Origin: an uncultured bacterium
GTDB taxonomy: Bacteria > JAJVIF01 > JAGGVT01
Length of the DNA: 64,000 bases
NCBI GenBank assembly: GCA_965369605.1
Contig: CBDURE010000001.1
Span: 781-64,780, forward strand
Direction of reading: 5' to 3'
Under the pieces are notes generated by a model. The model had not been told where the DNA came from, made no database searches, and saw only the letters and a program-made list of their open reading frames with translations. Made by a program: the position numbers and the translations under genes. Positions 1 through 9,652 of the stretch are shown piece by piece. The stretch's first letter is position 1. Each line of letters starts with the position of its first letter.

Positions 1-224
1 CTTACGTCTTCCTCAAGCGCAAAAATAATTTCATCACCCTCACGGCTCCTTTGTGAGTATAGACGTTCCAGCATAATCAGCTTAAGTGGTGTGCCGGCGG
101 GTAATATCAGGTTTTGTTTTTCAGGTGCGGGTTGTGATGTATCGTCATCAGCTGAAGCAATCGTAAAAGACTGACCTGACAACATGATAAGAAAAAGAAA
201 TGCAAACACAGTTACTTTTTTCAT
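1..224 (-). CDS. hypothetical secreted protein, 3'-partial at the window edge. Start is ATG at 222-224 (reverse strand) and the frame runs off the window.
   Basis: Reverse-strand translation gives MKKVTVFAFLFLIMLSGQSFTIASADDD..., a hydrophobic signal peptide followed by an acidic, low-complexity region. The ORF is open to position 1. Confidence 0.35.
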   Translation of the reverse strand, partial: MKKVTVFAFLFLIMLSGQSFTIASADDDTSQPAPEKQNLILPAGTPLKLIMLERLYSQRSREGDEIIFALEEDV

Positions 225-282
225 AGAATCTCTCCCTTAAAATTTGCATCTAGTACTAGTTCATAGATGATATAAACAATTA

Positions 283-762
283 TTAATTCTTGGAAATTGT
301 TCCAGAATAATTGATATCTCCAGAGGCATCACCGCAATAATCAGTGTAGATATTAATGTGTGCAGTTCCGCTTAAGTTGCCAAAGGTCGCCCCTGGAGAA
401 ATAGTGATTTTAAACTGACCTTCACCACTAGACAGGATTGAACCACAATCATAGCTCCAATCCTCTAAAGAGACTGCATTATGAATTGTTAATGTTGTGC
501 CATTATAACTCCATACTAAAGGACCATCAGAACCGATAACAGAATTTTGTGTAATCTGCAAATATCCTGAAACGGAATCTGCAAATTGAAGGGGACCTTC
601 AGGTGTGTTAATAGTGCCGGAAAATGTATACGCAATAGTCCATGTTCCCTCAAGTCCGCTTAAATCTCGTTCAGCAGGCGGTAAGGTTGTTCCTCCACCA
701 CCGCCACAGCTTATTGACACAAACAACATTCCCGTTGCAAGAAGTAATAGAAGTCGTTTCAT
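283..762 (-). CDS. small secreted lipoprotein, hypothetical
   Basis: 159-aa ORF. MKRLLLLLATGMLFVSISCGGGGG has a signal peptide and lipobox Cys, followed by a Gly linker. No recognisable catalytic motif. Confidence 0.55.
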   Translation of the reverse strand: MKRLLLLLATGMLFVSISCGGGGGTTLPPAERDLSGLEGTWTIAYTFSGTINTPEGPLQFADSVSGYLQITQNSVIGSDGPLVWSYNGTTLTIHNAVSLEDWSYDCGSILSSGEGQFKITISPGATFGNLSGTAHINIYTDYCGDASGDINYSGTISKN

Positions 763-1017
763 GACCTTCCTCCGTTATTGATAAGGATTAATGAATTTTA
801 AGGAAACCAAGTATACGGACTCTAAAATGTAAAGCAAGTGATTTAGTTAAGTATTTGGCGTTTTGATGCAATTCGTGGTGACAGATGAAACCTTTCCTCC
901 TATCTAATTTGCTACATAAATAACCAATATCGCGTTGTTATGGTAAAATCTATTTAGGGAAGATGGAGACAATTCTCCGGGAAAAATAACGATTTCCTTA
1001 TGACAGGGAGCGAGCAC

Positions 1018-4000
1018 ATGATCAAACCAACATTTTTTTCATTTCTGATCTTATTTGTGATTTTAATAATCACCGGATGCTCCTCCACTAAATCAACTCC
1101 GGTGATACCTGAAAATCCTCAAGCGGATATTAATTTACCCGCAACCGAACTTAACACAAGCGAATCATCCCGCAGTATCCTTGGCACATGGACACTCTCA
1201 ATAAACCACGAAACCCTCGAAGCTACAGTTGAACCCGACCGTACTCTCAACGCCCATCACAATGTTACAGGCATGATTCCTGACCCATTGATTACGATTA
1301 ACAGCTGGGACCCAATCGAGGAAATTGCCGATGTTGATATTCAGATTCACAATAATACCTGGATAAGTGTGTACGATGTCCGTCTCATCATCTACACCGA
1401 TGTTGCAGGTCACACACTCATCAACGCCGACAACTGGACTCCACTTTGGGATATTCCGGGAGGACAAATCGCAAACCCATTCAAGGCGTATGCAAAACAC
1501 GAAATTAATCGTGCTTACACAGGACTAATGTGGCACCAGGAGAATTTCCGGATTAAATGTCCAGGTTCGAATTACAGCGTCCAATTCGCAATTGATGTCA
1601 GCTATCCGGGTAATTGCGAGGAACCGTATGAGATCAGCAATTTCCAACAAGGCATCCTGTATGATGATATCGGAGCTGATGCTGTAGTTACAGTTGACGT
1701 TTTCGATTGGCAAAATGACGTGTCAGAGGTTTATCTTCATTGCCCTCAGATTACTGATGAACCTCAAACTCCATTTGAATATGATGTATTGAATCGATGG
1801 ATATTGAATCTAATCAATAATACTGGTGCTTTAGAAGGGGAATATATTGGATATCTGATTGCACGATCAGCAAACTCAAGCGCTTTGGCACTATATGATA
1901 GAGTTTCAATAATTGTAACTACTGGAACCGGTGGCCCAGATATACAACCACCAATATGGGATAGTACTGTCGGGATTGAAAGGGCGGTACCAAGATCCGA
2001 GGAGGTTGTGGTGGTTTGGGGAATTGCCACAGATGAACTAAGTCCACCTGTTGAATATTTGTTGTATATTGACACTGATTATAATCCATGGGATCAGGTA
2101 CCAGTAATTCACATCGACAACTCACCTTATACAGTTACCGGTCTTGAAAACGGCAGGGAATACTGGTTTGGCGTCAGATGTCGTGATAACGCTTCACCAC
2201 CCAATATTGATACAAACATTGTTGTTTTATCAGCAATACCCGATTCAGGTTTACCAATCGATCCTGTGATAATCGGCTCATATGAAAAAGCGATCTACAC
2301 GCCCTATGACTTGGCTTTCAGTGGTGATTTCGCGTTTGTTGCCGATGCCGGAGGACCAGTTAAATCTCTTGATATCAGTGATCCCTATTCTATTGAGATA
2401 ACGGGTGAAGTTGGTGTAACGGGAACCCGCAATATAGATGTAGATGAAGAATATGCCTATGCGGTTTCATGGGATAATCCAACAGATACATGGGAAATGT
2501 CTGTAATTGATATCTCAGATCCAACTGATATGCTTACGTTAGGATCATTGCAGGGATCCGGACGACCTTTTGATATCTCAGCCAGCAATGGAATTGTGTG
2601 CATAAGTGGAGAATTAGATGATACATACTATGGTTTTATGACAATTGATGCGTCTATTCCGAGTAATCCTCAAATTAAGTCGTTTTTTCATTTTGATTAC
2701 TGCGGAAGTCTTGAGGTTTCAGGGAACTATGTATATCTCGCTTGCTATCAAGATGGACTACGAATTTATGATATTTCGAATCCGGAAGCTCCTCAGTTTA
2801 TTAGCTCCTTAATCACGGGTAATAATTGCACTAATGTTGAATTAACACCAGGTTTTGCATTTATTATGGGAGGGTGGGATAGACATGGATATGTGGCAGT
2901 CATTAATATAAGTAACCCCCGGAATCCATTTGTTGTTGATGAAGCTTCATTCTTGAGTTATACCATGAATTTATCAGTCAGTATGTATGACATCACTATT
3001 GGTGATGATTTGTTATATGTTGGCTGGAATGACGCCTATGATGATGTTTTGTCGATTTATGATATAAGTAATCCGGGAGACATTGAATACAAAGGCGGTT
3101 TTGAAGGTCACCCTTTATATGGCTGGTCCCCAATCAAAGCTTACAGGGATTTTATGTATTGTTTAACTTCCAGCGGATTGAAAATTATTGATGTTCGAAA
3201 TCCAGTTAATCCAGAAATCGCAGGTGAGTTTAATGGCTATGATGCTCACAGAATCCGTACAGCAGGATCATACGCTTATACTATTGACATTTTTGATCAA
3301 ACCTTGTCGATATTTGATATCAGTGATCAGTTTCATCCCCATTATGTTAATGATATCAGCTTTGGATCTGGCGGTAGTACGTATTGGTACATTGGGATGG
3401 ATATTGCTGATGATAAAGTTTATATTGCCGATCCTGCAACCGGTTTGCTCATTATAGACATAACTTATCCAGTTAACCCTGTGATTATAAGTTTTTTAAG
3501 TTTATCAGAGTATGCAACGCAAATTATTGTTAAAGGTGACTATGCATATATTGTTTTAAGAGATTATGGGATGGCGATTGTTGACATCTCAGATCCTTAC
3601 AATCCGGAACTAATAGAAACTTATTTGCTTGATGGTTTAACGCACATAGATATCAAGGACAACCTGGTTTATTTAATACATGAGCAGGATTATCACGACG
3701 GTTTACACGTTGTTGATATAAGTGATCCACCCAATCCCCAATTATTGGGTATGGTGGAGGGTCTTTTATCGCCAAATGCGATTGGTATTTACAACGATTA
3801 TTGTTTTATTGGCTCCACTAACACTTTATATTGGACAGTGGATATTAGTGATCCTGCAAATCCAGTAATACTATCTGAGTATTCTGGTAGATCTTACTGC
3901 CGATATATCGAACCTGTATTTCCATATGCTTTTTTTGGTTCTTCCAGGTTCCAGGTGATGGATATTTCCACACCCGAATGGCCAACGCTTGTTAATGAAA

Positions 4001-4092
4001 TAAATATCGATTCATCAGATATTGAAATAAATGACAACATTGCTTACCTCGCTTGCGGGGAAGACGGCTTTAAAATCCTTGAACTATGGTGA
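1018..4092 (+). CDS. surface lipoprotein, family A conserved N-terminal module + C-terminal LVIVD-repeat beta-propeller region
   Basis: Signal peptide with lipobox (LIITGCSS). The conserved N-module (TPVIPENPQADINLPA..WTLSINHETLEATV..YDVRLIIYTD..NPFKAYAK..NCEEPY..DVFDWQNDV) is shared with 4086, 6992 and 40373. The C-terminal half carries ~40-aa repeats of the form GNYAYxA..GL.IxDISNPxNP, typical of the LVIVD repeat found in bacterial and archaeal surface proteins. An in-frame ATG at 1000 is also possible. The RBS-like GGGAG precedes 1018. Confidence 0.8.
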   Translation: MIKPTFFSFLILFVILIITGCSSTKSTPVIPENPQADINLPATELNTSESSRSILGTWTLSINHETLEATVEPDRTLNAHHNVTGMIPDPLITINSWDPIEEIADVDIQIHNNTWISVYDVRLIIYTDVAGHTLINADNWTPLWDIPGGQIANPFKAYAKHEINRAYTGLMWHQENFRIKCPGSNYSVQFAIDVSYPGNCEEPYEISNFQQGILYDDIGADAVVTVDVFDWQNDVSEVYLHCPQITDEPQTPFEYDVLNRWILNLINNTGALEGEYIGYLIARSANSSALALYDRVSIIVTTGTGGPDIQPPIWDSTVGIERAVPRSEEVVVVWGIATDELSPPVEYLLYIDTDYNPWDQVPVIHIDNSPYTVTGLENGREYWFGVRCRDNASPPNIDTNIVVLSAIPDSGLPIDPVIIGSYEKAIYTPYDLAFSGDFAFVADAGGPVKSLDISDPYSIEITGEVGVTGTRNIDVDEEYAYAVSWDNPTDTWEMSVIDISDPTDMLTLGSLQGSGRPFDISASNGIVCISGELDDTYYGFMTIDASIPSNPQIKSFFHFDYCGSLEVSGNYVYLACYQDGLRIYDISNPEAPQFISSLITGNNCTNVELTPGFAFIMGGWDRHGYVAVINISNPRNPFVVDEASFLSYTMNLSVSMYDITIGDDLLYVGWNDAYDDVLSIYDISNPGDIEYKGGFEGHPLYGWSPIKAYRDFMYCLTSSGLKIIDVRNPVNPEIAGEFNGYDAHRIRTAGSYAYTIDIFDQTLSIFDISDQFHPHYVNDISFGSGGSTYWYIGMDIADDKVYIADPATGLLIIDITYPVNPVIISFLSLSEYATQIIVKGDYAYIVLRDYGMAIVDISDPYNPELIETYLLDGLTHIDIKDNLVYLIHEQDYHDGLHVVDISDPPNPQLLGMVEGLLSPNAIGIYNDYCFIGSTNTLYWTVDISDPANPVILSEYSGRSYCRYIEPVFPYAFFGSSRFQVMDISTPEWPTLVNEINIDSSDIEINDNIAYLACGEDGFKILELW

Positions 4093-6893
4093 TTAAGAAA
4101 ATGAGAAAGTACTATTTTATAATTGTTATTTTTTTTCTTTTCCTCATTGGATGTTCCTCCGGCAAATCAACTCCGGTGATACCTGAAAACCCTCAAGCGG
4201 ATATTAATTTACCTGCAAACGAACTCAACACAAGCGAATCACTACACAGCATACTCGGCGCATGGACACTCTCAATAAACCACGAAACTCTCGAAGCGAC
4301 AGTCACACCAAACCGCTCACTTGAGAGACATTACAACGTGAAATATCTTATCCCAATTCCCGAAGTATCCATCAACACAATCTATCCAAACTATGTCATC
4401 GACGCGGATGTTACTCTCACGAATCCCTACACTTTCCCCGCCTACGATGTCCGCCTGATAATTTTCACGGACGAATACGGCCATTTCCTCGACAACGCGG
4501 ACGTCTGGACCGACCTCTATGACATCCCAGTCGGGCAGGACATCAACCCGTTCAAGGCATACGCAAAAGACCAACCCAATCGCATTTTCGAAGGTGAAAC
4601 ACAACACACCGAAAATCTTCTGGTTTTCAACCCACCCCCCGGTCACCCAATCCAGTTCGCGATAGATGCATCCTACCCCTGCAACTGCGAAGAACCTTAC
4701 GCCTTTGAGAATTTCCAACAAGATGTTTTACATCCGCATGTCGGAGCAAACGCTGCAGTCACTATTGACGTTCTCGACTGGCAAAATGATGTATCAGAGG
4801 TTTACCTGCAATGCCCGGAAATCACCAACGAACCTGAAACCCCGTTTGAGTTTGTTGCTTCAAACTCATGGAGCTTGAATCTGGTTAATAACACAGGTGC
4901 TCCGGTCGGTGAATATAACGCCATTATCTATGCGAAATCGTCCGGGTCAGGTAATCTTGAATTAATAGACAAGATAAAAATCAGGATATCAACAATTGGA
5001 ATCCCGCTTAGTCCGGTAAATGTAGGTGAATATCGTACACCTTTGGCATCATGCAAAGATGTTTGTATCCACAATGGTTATCTGTTTGCATTGGATTCCT
5101 ATTATGGTTTATATGTGTTAGACATTTCGAATCCTTCTGAACCGGATATTATCAGTAATCTTCCACTGGAACTTGCAGGCTTTTATAACAGCAAATGCAG
5201 ATTAGATTGTTCAGGTAATTATGCGCTCGCAGGTCCCTCACCTAATAATGGAGGTATCTACACTTATTATGTTGTTGATGTTTCTACCCCACGCCACATG
5301 GAAGTCGTGGGTTCAATTGAACTGAATTATGAAATGGTTGATATATCATACGATGGGAATTACGCGGTTTTGGGAGCGGATTCGGCATTACTAGTATTAG
5401 ACTTGAGCACACCCGGTAATCCTTTTGTGGCGGGAACGTTGGAGATACCATCAGAGTATCCCGTTTTACAGGGGAATTATGTTTATACAGATTCACAAAG
5501 GGATTATCAAAATATAATGTCAGTAGTTGATATAAGTGATCCTGGGAATCCTGTCGTTGTGAGTGAATATGATGTGATGGGTGACTTTTTTTCTTCAAAC
5601 TCCGTGGCTTTAGATGGGAACATTCTTTGCGTGGCAAGCAACACACGTCCTGAACCTGATCTTTCGTGTTATCTGGAAACTGTAGATATCAGTGACCCGC
5701 ATAATCCTGTCAGGTTGGATTATATCGAATTCACCGGATACGCTTTTGAAGAACCCGGTGATGAATTTCGAAGTGTTACTATTTCAGGCGGTTACGTTCT
5801 TTTAACCTGGGAATATTGGATTTCCTGGGATTTGTCTGTTTGCAAGATTCAGTTGCTGGACATCAGTAATCCAGGCTATATCCAGGAAAAAGGCTATTGC
5901 GTACAATCTTTTCTCAATGGCGCAATAGACGGTAATTTCTGTTATGTAGATAATTTTGGATTGGGAATTATAGATTTTAATGATCCTGATAATCTGCAAT
6001 ACAAAAGAGGGTTTTACGGGTTGGATGCTACTGAATTAAAAATAACTGATACAGATCTGGCTTATGTAGCAAACAGTTTTTATAACCTTTGCGTATTTGA
6101 TGTGAATAACCCGCAGAACCCACAAAAACTGAGCGATTATAATCTGCAATATTATAACATCAGAGCTTTAGATTCCTTTAATGATTATGTTTTTCTTTCC
6201 CTGTATGAACCCTCCTGGTATTCCCCAGTGCCTGACAGAATTCTGGTACTGGATGCATCCGATCCCTACTCGTTAAGTGAAACTACTTTTCTTGATGTGG
6301 ATTACCCAATATATGATCTAAATTGTAATGGGGAATATTTATTTGTAGCTTCAGATTGGGGACTTGTTATATTTGATGTTTCGAATCCTCAAATTTTGGG
6401 TCTGACAGGTTCTATCGCTACAGAAATGCTTAACAAAATAACTCAGCAGGATAATTATGTTTATGCTGTAAAGTGGGGATCTTATGGGAAATTCATAGTA
6501 TTTGATATTTCAGATCCCTCAAACCCATGGATTGCTAGTGAAACAGATTGTTATTGTCCATATGATCTTGAAGTTAAAGATAACCTTGCATTTCTTCTTG
6601 GAAAGGGTTATCTGAAAATCTACGATATCTCAACTCCAGCTAATCCGGTTGAAATTACTGAATTTGAACCGCTTGATGATTCTAATTATAGACTTACTGT
6701 CTCGGGGAATTTTATTTATCTTGGTAGGACAGGCGAAATATGGGATATTACGGATCTCCAAAACCCGCAGTATCTAAGCCAACTGGACATTCCTCAACAA
6801 ACTTTATTGAGATCTTATGATTATGAAATAGTCGATAATTATGCATTTTTAAGCTGCGGTGGATTCGGTCTGCAGGTAAACAAGTTGTGGTGA
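4086..6893 (+). CDS. surface lipoprotein, family A N-terminal module + LVIVD-repeat region (paralog)
   Basis: Start overlaps the stop of the upstream gene (ATGGTGA), suggesting translational coupling. Lipobox LIGCSS. The N-module is ~60% identical to 1018 and nearly identical to 6992. C-terminal repeats of the form xNYAxVxxxxxLxVxDxSxPxxP are LVIVD-like. Confidence 0.8.
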   Translation: MVIKKMRKYYFIIVIFFLFLIGCSSGKSTPVIPENPQADINLPANELNTSESLHSILGAWTLSINHETLEATVTPNRSLERHYNVKYLIPIPEVSINTIYPNYVIDADVTLTNPYTFPAYDVRLIIFTDEYGHFLDNADVWTDLYDIPVGQDINPFKAYAKDQPNRIFEGETQHTENLLVFNPPPGHPIQFAIDASYPCNCEEPYAFENFQQDVLHPHVGANAAVTIDVLDWQNDVSEVYLQCPEITNEPETPFEFVASNSWSLNLVNNTGAPVGEYNAIIYAKSSGSGNLELIDKIKIRISTIGIPLSPVNVGEYRTPLASCKDVCIHNGYLFALDSYYGLYVLDISNPSEPDIISNLPLELAGFYNSKCRLDCSGNYALAGPSPNNGGIYTYYVVDVSTPRHMEVVGSIELNYEMVDISYDGNYAVLGADSALLVLDLSTPGNPFVAGTLEIPSEYPVLQGNYVYTDSQRDYQNIMSVVDISDPGNPVVVSEYDVMGDFFSSNSVALDGNILCVASNTRPEPDLSCYLETVDISDPHNPVRLDYIEFTGYAFEEPGDEFRSVTISGGYVLLTWEYWISWDLSVCKIQLLDISNPGYIQEKGYCVQSFLNGAIDGNFCYVDNFGLGIIDFNDPDNLQYKRGFYGLDATELKITDTDLAYVANSFYNLCVFDVNNPQNPQKLSDYNLQYYNIRALDSFNDYVFLSLYEPSWYSPVPDRILVLDASDPYSLSETTFLDVDYPIYDLNCNGEYLFVASDWGLVIFDVSNPQILGLTGSIATEMLNKITQQDNYVYAVKWGSYGKFIVFDISDPSNPWIASETDCYCPYDLEVKDNLAFLLGKGYLKIYDISTPANPVEITEFEPLDDSNYRLTVSGNFIYLGRTGEIWDITDLQNPQYLSQLDIPQQTLLRSYDYEIVDNYAFLSCGGFGLQVNKLW

Positions 6894-6991
6894 CCAGGTT
6901 AAAAGACTAAAACAATTTTTCATTTTTTTTAAGGATGACGGAGGCAATTCTCCGGAAACTCCGGGATTTTGTTATGACAGGGAGCGGGAAA

Positions 6992-9289
6992 ATGATTAAA
7001 TCAACATTTTTTTCATTTCTGATCTTATTTCTGATTTTAATAATCGCCGGATGCTCCTCCACTAAATCAACTCCTGTGATACCTGAAAACCCTCAAGCGG
7101 ATATTAATTTACCTGCAAACGAACTCAACACAAGCGAATCACTACACAGCATACTCGGCGCATGGACACTCTCAATAAACCACGAAACTCTCGAAGCGAC
7201 AGTCACACCAAACCGCTCACTTGAGAGACATTACAACGTGAAATATCTTATCCCAATTCCCGAAGTATCCATCAACACAATCTATCCAAACTATGTCATC
7301 GATGCTGATGTTACTCTCACAAATCCGTATATTTTCCACGCCTATGATCTCCGGTTAATTATCTTCACTGACGAATACGATCATTTCCTAAACAACGCGG
7401 ACGCCTGGACTGACCTCTATGACATCCCAGACGGTCAGGATATCAACCCGTTCAAAGCATACGCAAAAGACCAACCCAACCGCATCTTCGAGGGAGAATC
7501 ACAACATACTGAAAATCTTCTGGTTTTCAACCCACCACCCGGTCACCCAATCCAGTTCGCGATAGATGCATCATTCCCAAATAACTGCGAAGAACCATAC
7601 GAAATTTCAGGCTTCACTCAGGATGACCTTTTCGATCAGGCTGGCGCAGTAGCTAATGTAGAAATAACGGTTAAATCATGGGCTGATAATCCATGTGATG
7701 TTTATCTATATTGCCCGATTATATGTGGTGCAGGATTACTTGAATTCAATCATATTGCGGATGATATCTACGGCGCAAACCTTGTTAATAATACCGGAGC
7801 ATATTCAGGCACTTATGAGGGTTTTATCGTTGCGTATTCCTACAAACACGCTCAAATTGCTCTATATAATGATGTGATGATATCAATTGAACCGAGTAAA
7901 AATGGTTGGGCTCGAACCTGGGGAAGCACAGGCAGTGAGGAGGGCAGCAAGGATGTCGTTGTTGATGATTTCGGCAATATCTATGTGTGCGGTTGGTTCG
8001 AAAATACTATCGACCTGGACCCCGGTCCGGGAGAGGATATCCACTTTTCGCTGGGGCAGTGGGATACTTATGTCAGCAAGTTTAATTCCGATGGCGGTTT
8101 TATCTGGGGGCGTACATGGGGCAGCCCCGGTGAATATGATACTCCAAGGGGTGTCATACTCGATAATGATGGTGGTGTGTATATATGCGGTGGATTCCAT
8201 TACACCGTGGATTTCGATCCCGGCCCCGGTGAAGCATTATTCACTGCTGAAAATAATAGCAACCGTGATGCTTACCTCAATAAACTTGACACTGATGGAA
8301 ATTATGTCTGGACAAAAACATGGGGTGGAATCGGTGGTTGGGATGTCGCTTACGATGTCCAGTTTGATGGTATCGATAAACTCTATGTAATTGGTTTATT
8401 CAATGAAACAGTGGATTTCGATCCGAATTCAGGCTATGACTCTCGCAGCGCTGAAGGAGAATATGATTCCTACCTTTGCCAGCTCGATATTCATGGAAAT
8501 TACTACTGGGTTCAGGCCTGGGGCGGTTCTCACATGACAGTTGCCACAAGCCTGGCATACGATGGAAATGCGAGCCTTTACATAACCGGATGGTTTGATG
8601 GAAACGTCGATTTTGATCCATCGAATGGTGTTGATCAACATGAATCCAGTGGAAGTTGGGATGCATACCTGAGTAAATTCAATACATCAGGTGATTTCGA
8701 ATGGGTCGGAGTTTGGGGCGATCCGGAACCTCAGCATGGTGTACGTGTTGACACTGACAGTTTTGGCAGTGTTTATGTGGCTGGTCATTTTTTTGGGACA
8801 GTTGATTTTGATCACGGTGCTGGAATTGATGTGCGAACGTCAAATGGTAACTTTGATTCATATGTAAGTAAATTAACACCCTTTGGTGAACAGGTCTGGA
8901 CTCTTGCCTGGGGCGCTGAAGAAAATGACTGTTGTTACGGGATAGGTTTGGATGAAAGCGATAACCTTTATGTGACAGGCTCCTTCAGGAGTACAGTTGA
9001 TCTCGATCCGGGTCCGGGCATGGAAGAAATAACATCGAATGGAAACGCAGACATCTTTCTAACACGATTCACGCCAGAAGGTGATTTTATCTGGTCACGC
9101 GCATGGGGTGGTGCAGGACACGACATGGGTTATGAACTCATCACCGACTGCAATGGAAATATTTTTGTTAATGGAAACTATTCCGATGTAGTGGATTTCG
9201 ATCCCGGACCCAATACAGAAGAACATACCTCAAACGGTCAACACGACGCATATATCATAAAACTACTGCCTAACGGTTATTGGGAATAA
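6992..9289 (+). CDS. surface lipoprotein, family A N-terminal module + C-terminal SBBP-type beta-propeller repeats
   Basis: The ORF is open from 6935, but the conserved MIKSTFFSFLILF... signal peptide starts at 6992. The N-module nucleotide sequence is 100% identical to 4086 over ~230 bp. The C-terminus has ~8 repeats of the form DxxGNIYVxGxFxxTVDFDPGPG...DAYLSKFNxxGxxxWxxxWG, typical of SBBP beta-propeller repeats. Confidence 0.8.
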   Translation: MIKSTFFSFLILFLILIIAGCSSTKSTPVIPENPQADINLPANELNTSESLHSILGAWTLSINHETLEATVTPNRSLERHYNVKYLIPIPEVSINTIYPNYVIDADVTLTNPYIFHAYDLRLIIFTDEYDHFLNNADAWTDLYDIPDGQDINPFKAYAKDQPNRIFEGESQHTENLLVFNPPPGHPIQFAIDASFPNNCEEPYEISGFTQDDLFDQAGAVANVEITVKSWADNPCDVYLYCPIICGAGLLEFNHIADDIYGANLVNNTGAYSGTYEGFIVAYSYKHAQIALYNDVMISIEPSKNGWARTWGSTGSEEGSKDVVVDDFGNIYVCGWFENTIDLDPGPGEDIHFSLGQWDTYVSKFNSDGGFIWGRTWGSPGEYDTPRGVILDNDGGVYICGGFHYTVDFDPGPGEALFTAENNSNRDAYLNKLDTDGNYVWTKTWGGIGGWDVAYDVQFDGIDKLYVIGLFNETVDFDPNSGYDSRSAEGEYDSYLCQLDIHGNYYWVQAWGGSHMTVATSLAYDGNASLYITGWFDGNVDFDPSNGVDQHESSGSWDAYLSKFNTSGDFEWVGVWGDPEPQHGVRVDTDSFGSVYVAGHFFGTVDFDHGAGIDVRTSNGNFDSYVSKLTPFGEQVWTLAWGAEENDCCYGIGLDESDNLYVTGSFRSTVDLDPGPGMEEITSNGNADIFLTRFTPEGDFIWSRAWGGAGHDMGYELITDCNGNIFVNGNYSDVVDFDPGPNTEEHTSNGQHDAYIIKLLPNGYWE

Positions 9290-9355
9290 ATACGGCAGGT
9301 GTCAGCCAACACATTTTCCCGGGAAATGGATTCCCGGGCTACACTGGTTTGGTGG

Positions 9356-9628
9356 TTAGGTGTCAGCCATGGTGACAGCCACGTTGGGTATGTACTCACG
9401 CATGTCCTTGTAATATTCATCACGCCCAAACTTATTTATTATTACATGAAGCGGAGCTTTACCTTTACGAAATCCCTCAACACTTGAGTTTTCAATCATG
9501 TTTTGATCGAATTCCGATTTAAGGTTGAGTGCATCTTCGTTTTCCAGTACGATGGACACTAGAAAACTGATCTCGGTTAATTGTTGTATGTTATGTGTTA
9601 ATTTCATCAATATTACAAATAAATACAC
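9356..9628 (-). pseudogene. tig: trigger factor N-terminal (ribosome-binding domain) remnant
   Basis: The 90-aa ORF contains the trigger-factor signature GFRKGKAPLHVIINKFG in the right position relative to the N-terminus. It stops after ~85 residues, and no downstream sequence could encode the PPIase or C-terminal domains, because the 6992 gene ends at 9289. Confidence 0.4.
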
Positions 9629-9652
9629 TCTGAATAGTCTTTATTAAATGTA

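Noticed and set aside
1198-2125. Several 60-130-aa ORFs antisense to or overlapping the large lipoprotein genes (e.g. 1198-1500c, 1764-2075c, 4317-4721c, 8400-8666c, 12060-12617, 18132-18500c, 26479-26748)
   Set aside because: All lie inside long, motif-rich ORFs on the opposite strand or in another frame. They have no start context and no recognisable domains, and are treated as spurious.
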